This document shows, piece after piece, positions 10,630 through 19,436 of a DNA stretch of 64,000 nucleotides. The DNA is from Promethearchaeota archaeon. GTDB lineage: Archaea > Asgardarchaeota > Lokiarchaeia > Sigyniarchaeales > SOKP01. The notes beneath the pieces are model-generated. The model had not been told where the DNA came from. It made no database searches and was given only the letters and a program-made list of their open reading frames with translations. The DNA is taken from positions 27,576-91,575 of the forward strand of contig JBHLLU010000012.1 of the NCBI GenBank assembly GCA_048938895.1, given 5' to 3'. The position numbers were made by a program, and so were the translations under genes. Each line of letters opens with the position of its first letter. Within the stretch, counting starts at the first letter, position 1.

Positions 10630-10766
10630 TTGCTTGGTAATAAGATAATACTCTTTAGTAAGAAGTACTAATAATATTTTATGGTAATATATTTATAATA
10701 TAGGATTACTTCACTTATTTTATATTATTTACAATTAAAGGAAATTCATAAAAGTAGGTTTTTCAC

Positions 10767-11471
10767 ATGTATTGCTATAAATGTGGGTCTAAAATTCCTG
10801 ATAATGCTCATTTTTGTCCCTTTTGTGGAGAAATCTTAGATAAAGAAGATTCACTTTCGAAGCCGGTTCCAGTAAGAGAAACAACTGTTATGGAGTCTGA
10901 TCTTAAACTCTCTCTAGGTGGTTTTAATGAATATGTTTCATCTACTCCTTATATTCGTAAAAGTATTAATCTATTTATCGAAAATACAGGCACTTCTCCT
11001 AAGTACCAGATCACAATTCAACTTTCTGGCCCCCCACAAATCCAAATTTCTCCTATATCTAAGAAGTTTCGTGTAGTAGGAAGTCACTTAACAAAAAGAG
11101 CAACTTTCCAAATATTACCTAAAGAAGTAGGTAATTTTACATTAAATGCTACATTATTTTATGAGTCTGGTCAATCTTTGGTATTGCCAATTAATTTAAA
11201 GGTTGAACCCTCAAGTTTTGCACCTCAGGAGTCGTATAGGACTGCTTCAGCGTCTTCAAAAGGAAATGCTTTTTTAGCCATTGCAATCGTGTTTGGAATA
11301 GTTTCACTTATGTTAATAGGTTTTGGGATACCAGTAGCTTTTAATTCCCTTTCTGCAGGATTAACAATGATTGTAATAGGAATAATATTGCTTGCCATAG
11401 CAAGTCAAGGTAAATGTTTCCTTTGTTTTCTTGGATGTGATAGTTGTGATGGATGTGATTGTGATTGTTAG
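10767..11471 (+). CDS. Zn-ribbon + Ig-like domain membrane protein with Cys-rich C-terminus
   Basis: N-terminal CYKCG...FCPFCG; beta-sandwich segment (IENTG...G.FTL.A.L.Y); two TM helices; tail CFLCFLGCDSCDGCDCDC. Confidence 0.75.
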   Translation: MYCYKCGSKIPDNAHFCPFCGEILDKEDSLSKPVPVRETTVMESDLKLSLGGFNEYVSSTPYIRKSINLFIENTGTSPKYQITIQLSGPPQIQISPISKKFRVVGSHLTKRATFQILPKEVGNFTLNATLFYESGQSLVLPINLKVEPSSFAPQESYRTASASSKGNAFLAIAIVFGIVSLMLIGFGIPVAFNSLSAGLTMIVIGIILLAIASQGKCFLCFLGCDSCDGCDCDC

Positions 11472-11495
11472 ATTTTACTCAATAAATATATACTT

Positions 11496-11963
11496 ATGAA
11501 CTTAAGAAACCAAAAGTGGATAATTATTAAAAATAATAAAATAGTTTTAGACTGGTTAGCTCATCATAATCCGCAACGTGAAGATTTTGATGATCATGTT
11601 ATTTATATATTCAAGTATGCTGTGTGTATAGGGTGCTTTGCTTTTGTTTTAGGAGCAGTCATCACATTAATTCTGTGCAACTTATTTTATACATATATTG
11701 TTAATTCTATTAGTTTCATTTTCGTTCTTACTTTCTTCTTTATCTGCTGGATCCCTTCATTATTACAGTATTATATTCAAATAATTACAAAAAAATCTTT
11801 TAAGAATCGAGTTATCAAATTTACAAGTCGTATTCTTTTTCCTATTGGGGGAATTTTCTTAATTTTTAAATCTCCAATATTAGGGTTCAGTATTTCAATT
11901 CCTGCGGGGTATTTTATAGTCTTTATCAGGAAACTTAAAAATAAAGCATTGATTAACAAATAA
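11496..11963 (+). CDS. DUF2085-like membrane protein
   Basis: LAHH...H......VCIGC motif followed by 3-4 TM helices; 24 bp after the previous gene. Confidence 0.5.
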   Translation: MNLRNQKWIIIKNNKIVLDWLAHHNPQREDFDDHVIYIFKYAVCIGCFAFVLGAVITLILCNLFYTYIVNSISFIFVLTFFFICWIPSLLQYYIQIITKKSFKNRVIKFTSRILFPIGGIFLIFKSPILGFSISIPAGYFIVFIRKLKNKALINK

Positions 11964-12116
11964 ATTTTTAATCAATTCTCGAATGAAATATTCCTGTTTT
12001 AACCTCCCTTCACAAATCCAAGAATTAAAGTGATAACAATTTTATAAGTAAAATATCTATTTATTAATATTGAGAATAATTAAAAACAAATCTAAATTTA
12101 AAGTTAGGGTACACAA

Positions 12117-12854
12117 ATGAGCTCAGAACTACAAACAATAAAATGTTACATGAATCAATTACCCGCAACGATATTAAAGATATTAAATGTGGAGCCTCCT
12201 CAAAAAGGAATTCCAAAACCTGTACAGGAGGTTTTAAATCTATATAGTAGTGTAGAAAGAATTAGTATTAATCTAATTGACAACATGGGCCTCTTTGAAA
12301 TAACTTACATGAAACCCCAGTTTATGATTAGTAATTCTGAAGTGATGCTATTGCTAAGTACGAGAAACCCTTATACTTTAGGTGTCTTACATCAATTAAT
12401 ATATGGTGGTTTTGATGTAGAACAGAATGGATTCCATCTATTAAAGTATTTAAACAGAAATGAGAAATCCTCATGTTTTATTGGGCGTAAAAAGGATCTA
12501 GATCGTTATGACGGGGGTACAAAATCTATCCCAAAAGATTCTGATATGAGTACGTGGGTGGAATCAGCAAAAGTTATTAATAATTATCACCTTTCATGGA
12601 TGCATTATTTGGATTTTGAGAATCTCCATAAACAACAGCAGCAATTAAAACAGAGAACACCAGAAGATTTAATAGAAAAATTGATCAATCGAACAGATAA
12701 ATGGATTTTAAGTAATTACAAACAATTAAGAAAGAATTCACTTATGATAATAATCGGAGATCACGGAAGAAGTAAATTAAATTTAGAGTATTCTGGAAAA
12801 ATTGCCCAATGGCGAGAAGCAAGTGTACCTATAGCAATTTTTATAAGAAAATAA
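12117..12854 (+). CDS. Alkaline phosphatase superfamily (NPP/PglZ-like) protein
   Basis: LPATIL, LIDNMG, P.T, and IIGDHG metal-binding motifs. Confidence 0.65.
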   Translation: MSSELQTIKCYMNQLPATILKILNVEPPQKGIPKPVQEVLNLYSSVERISINLIDNMGLFEITYMKPQFMISNSEVMLLLSTRNPYTLGVLHQLIYGGFDVEQNGFHLLKYLNRNEKSSCFIGRKKDLDRYDGGTKSIPKDSDMSTWVESAKVINNYHLSWMHYLDFENLHKQQQQLKQRTPEDLIEKLINRTDKWILSNYKQLRKNSLMIIIGDHGRSKLNLEYSGKIAQWREASVPIAIFIRK

Positions 12855-12889
12855 TTATATTCTGTTTTTAAAAAAAGTTGTTTGTTAAA

Positions 12890-13423
12890 ATGGAAGAATA
12901 TAAAAGATTTACAGTTTCACTTTCTGAAAAATTATATGAACAGTTTGAGATTTTTAGAAATAAACTAGGAATGTCGAGATCTGATGCGATCCGAAAAGCA
13001 ATGCATACTTTCATGGTTAGTGAAGACAATGTCTCAATAAGCTCGGAAAATGTTGTCGGGTGCATAACAATTATCATGGCTCATGAACATCCGGATGTAA
13101 AACAGGAAGAACATTCCCATAATTCTTCTCACACGGCCGATCATGAACATGATTATACTTCTCATACAATGTATGCGAGTGTTCAACAAACAGATGAAAT
13201 ATTAAAAATTGATATCCAACATCATTTCTTTGATATAATAATTTCCACTATGCATATCCATTTAGAATATGGGAAATGCTTAGAAATTATTGCAGTTTCA
13301 GGTCCATATCATCGAGTAAAAACACTAAAGGAGCGTTTACAACGCTTAAAAAGTGTAATTTCCGTTGGATTTTTTATAATTGACAAAGATCCACAGCCAG
13401 AAACAAAGAAAGAGGAAAAATAA
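12890..13423 (+). CDS. nikR: Nickel-responsive regulator NikR with His-rich insertion
   Basis: RHH domain (RFTVSL...SRSDAIR) and ACT-like domain with QHH...STMHIHL...CLE Ni ligands. ATG at 12890. Confidence 0.9.
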   Translation: MEEYKRFTVSLSEKLYEQFEIFRNKLGMSRSDAIRKAMHTFMVSEDNVSISSENVVGCITIIMAHEHPDVKQEEHSHNSSHTADHEHDYTSHTMYASVQQTDEILKIDIQHHFFDIIISTMHIHLEYGKCLEIIAVSGPYHRVKTLKERLQRLKSVISVGFFIIDKDPQPETKKEEK

Positions 13424-13611
13424 GAATAATAAATTCCAATTCTCGAGAAAGAGTCCAAGGTATAAGGCGATTTGGGAAGGAATTTTTATTCTTTATTTAT
13501 TGTGGTTGTGTGTGTAGTTAAGATAGAGAATAAAATTGTATCCATTTAAAACCAAATACACTGTCAGATTTGTGATACTGACTTTGTATCAAACTCACAA
13601 AATTAGAGATC

Positions 13612-13621
13612 AAAAAAAAAA
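13612..13621 (-). terminator. Oligo-T archaeal terminator candidate of the histone gene
   Basis: T10 run on the minus strand 28 nt after the histone stop codon. Confidence 0.5.
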
Positions 13622-13649
13622 CATAAAATTAAAGATTTAAACAAGAAAC

Positions 13650-13847
13650 CTATAAATCTTTTTCTTGTACCGTCTTTCTATTATTAGCCTTAGCCCTTCC
13701 AATAGCTTTGTCAAGGATTTCGATAATTGCATCGTTAAGTGCTGGACCATCTATCAAATCCCCACTTGTATTGCAACCCTTACCTTTAATATATTCTCGA
13801 ACCTTACTTTTCACAAAAAGGGCTTCCACAGCTGCTTTTTTAGCCAT
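13650..13847 (-). CDS. Archaeal histone-fold protein (DUF1931 / face-to-face-type, non-HMf)
   Basis: 65 aa; LFVKSKVREY helix 1, LDKAIGRAKANNRKTVQEKDL C-terminus with RxTxxxxD. Upstream SD GGAGG. Confidence 0.88.
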   Translation of the reverse strand: MAKKAAVEALFVKSKVREYIKGKGCNTSGDLIDGPALNDAIIEILDKAIGRAKANNRKTVQEKDL

Positions 13848-14303
13848 TTTTATATTCCTCCAATTATGATTTTAAAGTGTTTTAGATAAATTCTATTTTA
13901 AATATTAATCTATCATTCTTATTTTTAAACTTTAAGGTCTGATCATCTTAAACGATGAATAAAATAGCTCTAATTCCAATATTTGTAATTTGATAAATCT
14001 ATAAAAATTGGGCCATATTTTACATTTATTCATTTTTTCAGTAAGATAATTCAATTTCCAAGGAAAGGGACGTCTTAGATTTATTAGTTTGAATTTCTTT
14101 GGGGTGTTAGCTGTTCTTTCTATCATAAAAATGGAATTAAGTACCGATCTGGGTTAAATAATTTTTAATAGTTCAAAGGATCTTACAAAAAATTATCATA
14201 TTAATGAGTTCCATCTTTTCATATTCTACCTAAATTATGTCAATTTTTTGGGAGGAAACTGCTTATTTAAAATGGGATTATACTATTATCTAATTGATAT
14301 ATC

Positions 14304-15302
14304 TTGGGAAAGATGATATTCGCAAGAGCCCCGGTTCGTATATGTGACATTGGTGGGTGGACTGATACGTGGTTTTACCAAAAGGGAGCTGTATTTAATA
14401 TGGCCATTGCTCTCTATAGTCATGTTAAAATCTCTCGGACAAATTCTAGTAAGATAAAAATTATTTCAGAGAACCTCAATTTGCAAACACAAATTAATGA
14501 TATTGAAAAGATACAATATGATGGGAATCTTGATTTATTAAAAGCTGCAGTTAAGAGAATGGATATTGAAATAGGATTAGATATATTTGTTAGAACAGAA
14601 GCACCCCCCGGTTGTGGAACAGGCACAAGTGCAAGCGTAGCGGTTGCTTTATTAGCAGCTTTGAGTCATTTTTCAAACAAAAACCTAAAACCTGTCGAGA
14701 TTGCCACATTAGCTCATAAACTTGAGACTGAGGAATTGAAGTTAGAGAGTGGGGTTCAAGATCAGTTTGCAGCAGCATACGGAGGAATAAATCTTATGGA
14801 AATTACCTATCCTGAAGTAACTATGATACCACTTGATATTAAAGACAGTATGATAAAAAATTTAGAAAAACATCTTATATTAGTGTTTCTTAATTCACGA
14901 AGTTCAAGTGAAATGCATAAAGCAGTAATTAATAATTATCAGAAAGGACATAGCACCACTCTAACATCATTTGAAACAATCAAAAACTGTGCTTATGAAA
15001 TGAAGGAAGCAATTCAAAACGATGATCTCAATTTTATAGGAGAAGTAATGAATAAGAACTGGAAAGCTCAAAAAAAGTTGCACAAACTGATGGTTAACTC
15101 TGTTATAAATAAGTTAGAACATATAGCCATTAAAAATCGGGCATTAGGTTTTAAATTGAATGGTGCTGGAGGTGGAGGATCTGCTACAATTTTAGCTAAT
15201 ATAGGTGAGGAATATATCCTAAAACAAGAGTTAATAAAGAACGGCTTCCAAATACTCCCTATAAGGTTAGATTTTATGGGTGTTCAAACATGGGTTACTT
15301 AA
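14304..15302 (+). CDS. GHMP kinase (HddA-like heptose-7-phosphate / sugar kinase)
   Basis: RAPVRI..GGWTD, PPGCGTGTSAS, G.QDQ.AAAYGG, KLNGAGGGG. Confidence 0.9.
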   Translation: MGKMIFARAPVRICDIGGWTDTWFYQKGAVFNMAIALYSHVKISRTNSSKIKIISENLNLQTQINDIEKIQYDGNLDLLKAAVKRMDIEIGLDIFVRTEAPPGCGTGTSASVAVALLAALSHFSNKNLKPVEIATLAHKLETEELKLESGVQDQFAAAYGGINLMEITYPEVTMIPLDIKDSMIKNLEKHLILVFLNSRSSSEMHKAVINNYQKGHSTTLTSFETIKNCAYEMKEAIQNDDLNFIGEVMNKNWKAQKKLHKLMVNSVINKLEHIAIKNRALGFKLNGAGGGGSATILANIGEEYILKQELIKNGFQILPIRLDFMGVQTWVT

Positions 15303-15378
15303 TTTTACGGAGGCTATTTCTATAAAGATTATTGGGTAAAACTATGTCCTTTTTATACTTTAGATGTAAAATATTTAT

Positions 15379-16185
15379 ATGATTATAGAAGATCAAGCAT
15401 TATTTCCCTCTAAAACTAAAAGATATAATGAGTGCTCATTAATACACAACTTATTTGTTTTTAATAAGTCTGGTATTTGTTTTTATGGTCGAAATTTTAC
15501 AGATCATATTAAAGTTGAGAAAAATCTAATTTCCCCTTTTATTACAGCACTAATGACTTTTGCTAAGGAAATGCTCAAGAAAAAATTTAAAATTATAGAA
15601 ATGGAAGACATTAAAATTGTAATATTTGAAAAGAATTCAATCTATTACGGAGTATTATGCGATTCATTTGAGAATTTGACAGTATTAGAAGAAATTGTTA
15701 AAAGAATCCATCAAAAAATAATGTCCTATCTCATCAAAAATAATGTCAATATAAACGCCGAAGTTATTTATAATCATGAATTAAATAGACTCATTGAAGA
15801 GGTTATTAATACGGCCCTAAGTGATGAATTAGGTTCTCAAAAAGAAATAGAAATTATTAACTATCTACAAGAGCTTACTTCTACGGATGATATTGAAGGA
15901 GTAATCCTTTTAACTGATAGAGCAAAAGTGATTTACTCATCATATAATAGTTTAGAATTAAAAAAATTTCTGAAGGAACTCGAATTCCGGGTAAAGATTT
16001 ATAATAATTCAATTTTGAAGCTATATTATACCTTTAAAGACAAAAAGTTTATTTTTTCCGAATATGTGCTTGATACTTATTTTATTATTTTAGTATTTAA
16101 TTCAAATGTAAAATTTGGATTAGCTGAGCATTATTTAACTAAATCAGTAGACAAAATAAGAACAACAATTTCAGATTTAGAATAA
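15379..16185 (+). CDS. Longin-like + roadblock/LAMTOR-like two-domain protein
   Basis: N-half IHNLFVFNKSGICFYGRNF...LIS.FITAL..FA.E (longin-like). C-half IEGVILLTDRAKVIYSS...VKFGLA (roadblock-like). Confidence 0.7.
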   Translation: MIIEDQALFPSKTKRYNECSLIHNLFVFNKSGICFYGRNFTDHIKVEKNLISPFITALMTFAKEMLKKKFKIIEMEDIKIVIFEKNSIYYGVLCDSFENLTVLEEIVKRIHQKIMSYLIKNNVNINAEVIYNHELNRLIEEVINTALSDELGSQKEIEIINYLQELTSTDDIEGVILLTDRAKVIYSSYNSLELKKFLKELEFRVKIYNNSILKLYYTFKDKKFIFSEYVLDTYFIILVFNSNVKFGLAEHYLTKSVDKIRTTISDLE

Positions 16186-16341
16186 TTAAAAACTGAATAT
16201 TCTTAATAATTTTAAGTTATAGTAAATTTCATAAAGAGTAGAACTTCAAATTAGATCAATCTAATTTATTAATTATAAAAGCCAAATTAAAAAATCAATT
16301 AACATAAACTTTAAATAAAATTTATCTGAATGTGAAGAAAA

Positions 16342-16845
16342 ATGACAAAATCAGAAGAAAATTTACTAGCCGCATTCGCAGGGGAATCCCAGGCTAATAG
16401 AAAATATCTAGCCTTTGCTGAAAAAGCAGAAAAGGAAGGATTTTCTCAAGTTGCAAAACTTTTTAGAGCTGCCGCCGCTGCTGAAACCGTTCATGCTCAT
16501 AACCACTTAAGAGAACTTGGAGGTATTAAATCAACTAAAGAAAATATTAAAGAGGCTATAGAAGGAGAACATTATGAATTTACTAGTATGTATCCTGAAT
16601 TCATTAAAAATGCGAAATCCGAAAATAATAAAGGTGCTGAAAGAACATTTAATTACGCAAATGAAGTAGAAATAATCCATCATAAATTATACGAATCTGC
16701 TCTTGAAGCTGTTGAAAGCGGTAAAGACATAGAGAAAAATGATATTTATATATGTCCTGTTTGCGGTTATACTCATGAAGGAGAACCACCAGAGAAATGC
16801 CCTGTCTGTGGAGCATTGAAAAAAGTATTTAAAGAGATAATTTAA
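16342..16845 (+). CDS. rbr: Rubrerythrin
   Basis: AFAGESQA, ETVHAHNH, GEHYE..MYP, E..H; C-terminal CPVCGY...CPVCG rubredoxin-like domain. Confidence 0.97.
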   Translation: MTKSEENLLAAFAGESQANRKYLAFAEKAEKEGFSQVAKLFRAAAAAETVHAHNHLRELGGIKSTKENIKEAIEGEHYEFTSMYPEFIKNAKSENNKGAERTFNYANEVEIIHHKLYESALEAVESGKDIEKNDIYICPVCGYTHEGEPPEKCPVCGALKKVFKEII

Positions 16846-16873
16846 AGTTTTTTTGTTTTTTTTTCTTTATTTT

Positions 16874-18451
16874 TTACCATGGACTGTATCCCTTCTTTAT
16901 CTGAGCTAAGTATTGGTCAAATGAGAAGTGATGCTTTTTTTCCGCTGCTTTTAAAGCTCCAAAATTCGCTCCCTTATTATAGTAATATATAAGGAGATCT
17001 GAGACTTCTTCATTTCCAATGGAAATTAATGTCTGAAGTCGGGCATTCTTAATAATAGATCGATAATTAACGAATTTTAGTTTTATAGATTGTACTTCTT
17101 TTAACTCCTCTTCTAATTTTTGATATTTTTGATTTAATTTGTGTATTTCATTTTTAAAATAAAAGTCAACCTCTTTCTCATATGGTGTATTTAATTTTGG
17201 GATGAAAGGATTTATATTTACCCTTAATGTGTTGAATTCAAAGCCCAATTTATCAATTGACTTTAATAAAATAACTATTTCATCAATGTCTTCTTCACTT
17301 TCGTTAGGCAAGCCAATTAAAAAATAGAATTTCACATTCTTTATTTTTGATTTTCTGATTTGAGATAAAACAGATAAAATTTTTTCATTTGATATTCTTT
17401 TGCCTAAAGAGTATCTCAATTTTTCAGATCCTGCCTCTGGAGCAACAGTGATAGTTTTTATTCCTCCAATTTCAAGTAATTGAATAATATCAGGAGTGAT
17501 GTGATCAATCCTTAATGATGGTAAAGCTAATCTTTTCTTTTTATTTATTATATATTCACAGATCTGTTTGAATTTAGGATGTGAGGAGATACAAGACCCA
17601 ATAAGGCTTATTGTCTCAAAATTTGAGTTTTCCAAAGCGTTATCAATCACTTCGAGGACATTCTCATAACTTCTATTTCTAAAGGGGGAATTATGAAATG
17701 ATGAAATACAGAACTTACATTGATAAGGGCAACCTCTGTTTACTTCAATAAAAAAATATTTCTCAAGAATCGATTTTTCTAAAGAGGTCTTAGAGAGTAA
17801 TTGATAGATTGGCACGGGAGAATTGTCTAGATTTTCGAGGACAGTCCTCTTTGCTTTATTTTTTAATAATGGTATAAATATACCTTCTATTTTTTGAGCT
17901 AGATTCAAGAATTCTAAATAAGAAATCTTCTGTTCTTTAAATTTTTTGAATAATTGAAAAAATTGTTCTAAATTAGGTTCTGCGTCCCCGAGAAAAACTA
18001 GATCAAAAATTTTACTTATTGAAATTGGATTAGATGTAATTACAGGTCCACCCCCAATGATTAAAGGCAATTCTTCGTATTTCGTAGATTCTTCTTCTCG
18101 TCGTTCGACATAAGTAAAAGGAATATTTGCTTTCTCCAAAATCCAAAGCATATTTTTAAAATCATTCTCAAAATGAAATGAAAACCCTAATATGTCAAAA
18201 TCTCGTGGTAGGATATGGTTTTCAATAGAACGTATACTCCCTATTGGTGTAGGATCAATAATTGCAGGAAATTTTATCTTTTCTGGTAAAAAAATTCTCT
18301 CACAAGCAATATTTTTAAATGAATTGATTAAATGATAGAGTAGTCTAATTGAATAAGATGACATCCCAATCTTATATATACTGGGATAGATCAATCCAAA
18401 AGAGAAATCTATTGTACGCCAGTCTTTTATAATAAAATTTTCAAAAGACAT
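16874..18451 (-). CDS. B12-binding-domain radical SAM protein (TIGR03960/YgiQ-like)
   Basis: YP..Y..GMS, IIGGGP...NP, RGCPYQCKFC, APEAGSE.LR, YF.IGLP.E, F.PK..TP. Confidence 0.88.
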   Translation of the reverse strand: MSFENFIIKDWRTIDFSFGLIYPSIYKIGMSSYSIRLLYHLINSFKNIACERIFLPEKIKFPAIIDPTPIGSIRSIENHILPRDFDILGFSFHFENDFKNMLWILEKANIPFTYVERREEESTKYEELPLIIGGGPVITSNPISISKIFDLVFLGDAEPNLEQFFQLFKKFKEQKISYLEFLNLAQKIEGIFIPLLKNKAKRTVLENLDNSPVPIYQLLSKTSLEKSILEKYFFIEVNRGCPYQCKFCISSFHNSPFRNRSYENVLEVIDNALENSNFETISLIGSCISSHPKFKQICEYIINKKKRLALPSLRIDHITPDIIQLLEIGGIKTITVAPEAGSEKLRYSLGKRISNEKILSVLSQIRKSKIKNVKFYFLIGLPNESEEDIDEIVILLKSIDKLGFEFNTLRVNINPFIPKLNTPYEKEVDFYFKNEIHKLNQKYQKLEEELKEVQSIKLKFVNYRSIIKNARLQTLISIGNEEVSDLLIYYYNKGANFGALKAAEKKHHFSFDQYLAQIKKGYSPW

Positions 18452-18460
18452 ATATATATT

Positions 18461-19243
18461 TTATCCAGATTCATGTTCAATTTTAATATTTTTAATTTCT
18501 TTTACAATTAATGGTAATACAATTCCTGTTTTTTGAGTTAAGACAATCTCCGCTTTATCATCTAAATACGTAGGTTGATCATTAACAATTATTAATTTTC
18601 CTCCAGCATTAAGAGTATATAGTGGCAAATCACAAATCGGTGCTACTGTTAATGACGATCCGGCGATTAACATAACATCTGTTTTTTTTGCTAAATCTAT
18701 TGACATATACTTTTCAAATTTTGGGAGATCCTCGCCAAATAGCACAACAGAAGGTTTTAAAGGTGCACCACAATAATCACAACCAGGTTCAGTTTTCCTA
18801 ATTCTCTTTAATTTATTTAATACTTGTTCTTTAGTATAGCTTGCTCGACAACCAAGGCAAGAAAATCTATTGATATTTCCATGCACCTCATATACTATTA
18901 CAGCACCAGCTTTTTGATGTAATCCATCTATATTTTGAGTAATAATCGCTTTTATTATTTTCATTTTTTCGAGTTCAGCAAGGGCAAAATGACCTGGATT
19001 AGGTTCAGCATTAAACAAAGTTGGTGCAAGATCTTCAGCCATTTTCCAAAATTTGGAAGGATCTTTTAGAAAAGATTCTATATTACCATAAATTTCTGGT
19101 TTATATTTTTCCCAAATTCCCCCTTCTCCCCTAAAATCGGGAATACCTGATTCTGTTGAAATTCCTGCTCCAGTAAGTACAATAGAATGCTTTGAATTCA
19201 ACAGTAACTCTGCTGCTTTTTTAATATTTTCTTCTTCACTCAT
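18461..19243 (-). CDS. cobB: NAD-dependent protein deacylase (Sir2/CobB)
   Basis: GAGISTESGIPDFRG, TQNIDGLHQKAG, HG, CxxC...CxxC, GSSL.V.P. Confidence 0.96.
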   Translation of the reverse strand: MSEEENIKKAAELLLNSKHSIVLTGAGISTESGIPDFRGEGGIWEKYKPEIYGNIESFLKDPSKFWKMAEDLAPTLFNAEPNPGHFALAELEKMKIIKAIITQNIDGLHQKAGAVIVYEVHGNINRFSCLGCRASYTKEQVLNKLKRIRKTEPGCDYCGAPLKPSVVLFGEDLPKFEKYMSIDLAKKTDVMLIAGSSLTVAPICDLPLYTLNAGGKLIIVNDQPTYLDDKAEIVLTQKTGIVLPLIVKEIKNIKIEHESG

Positions 19244-19436
19244 TTTCAGTTTGAAAAATTAAGGGCACTTCTCTTATTTAATTTTTTAAGAGTAATATAG
19301 CTAATAAATTTATATATAGGATATTAGAAATTTAATAGTTATCAAATCACAAAATTGAAAAAAATTAAATTTCTTAAAAGTTATTAACCATATAATAGCT
19401 CATTAATGATCATATCAACTTCTTAGAGTTTTTTTT

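Noticed and set aside
12117-12854. PglZ of a BREX defence system
   Set aside because: Short standalone alkaline-phosphatase-fold protein with no brx/pgl genes around it.
13431-13485. SECIS element interpretation of the K-turn-like hairpin
   Set aside because: The upper stem is only 3 bp, there is no AUGA core, and nikR and its neighbours show no in-frame UGA.
13569-13601. Hairpin downstream of the histone gene as an analogue of the metazoan histone mRNA stem-loop
   Set aside because: It lies beyond the T10 terminator candidate and does not match the 6-bp stem / 4-nt loop consensus.
13932-14126. 64-aa ORF in the histone-GHMP kinase spacer
   Set aside because: No recognisable motif or SD, and composition looks like translated AT-rich intergenic DNA. 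It cannot be excluded but is unsupported.
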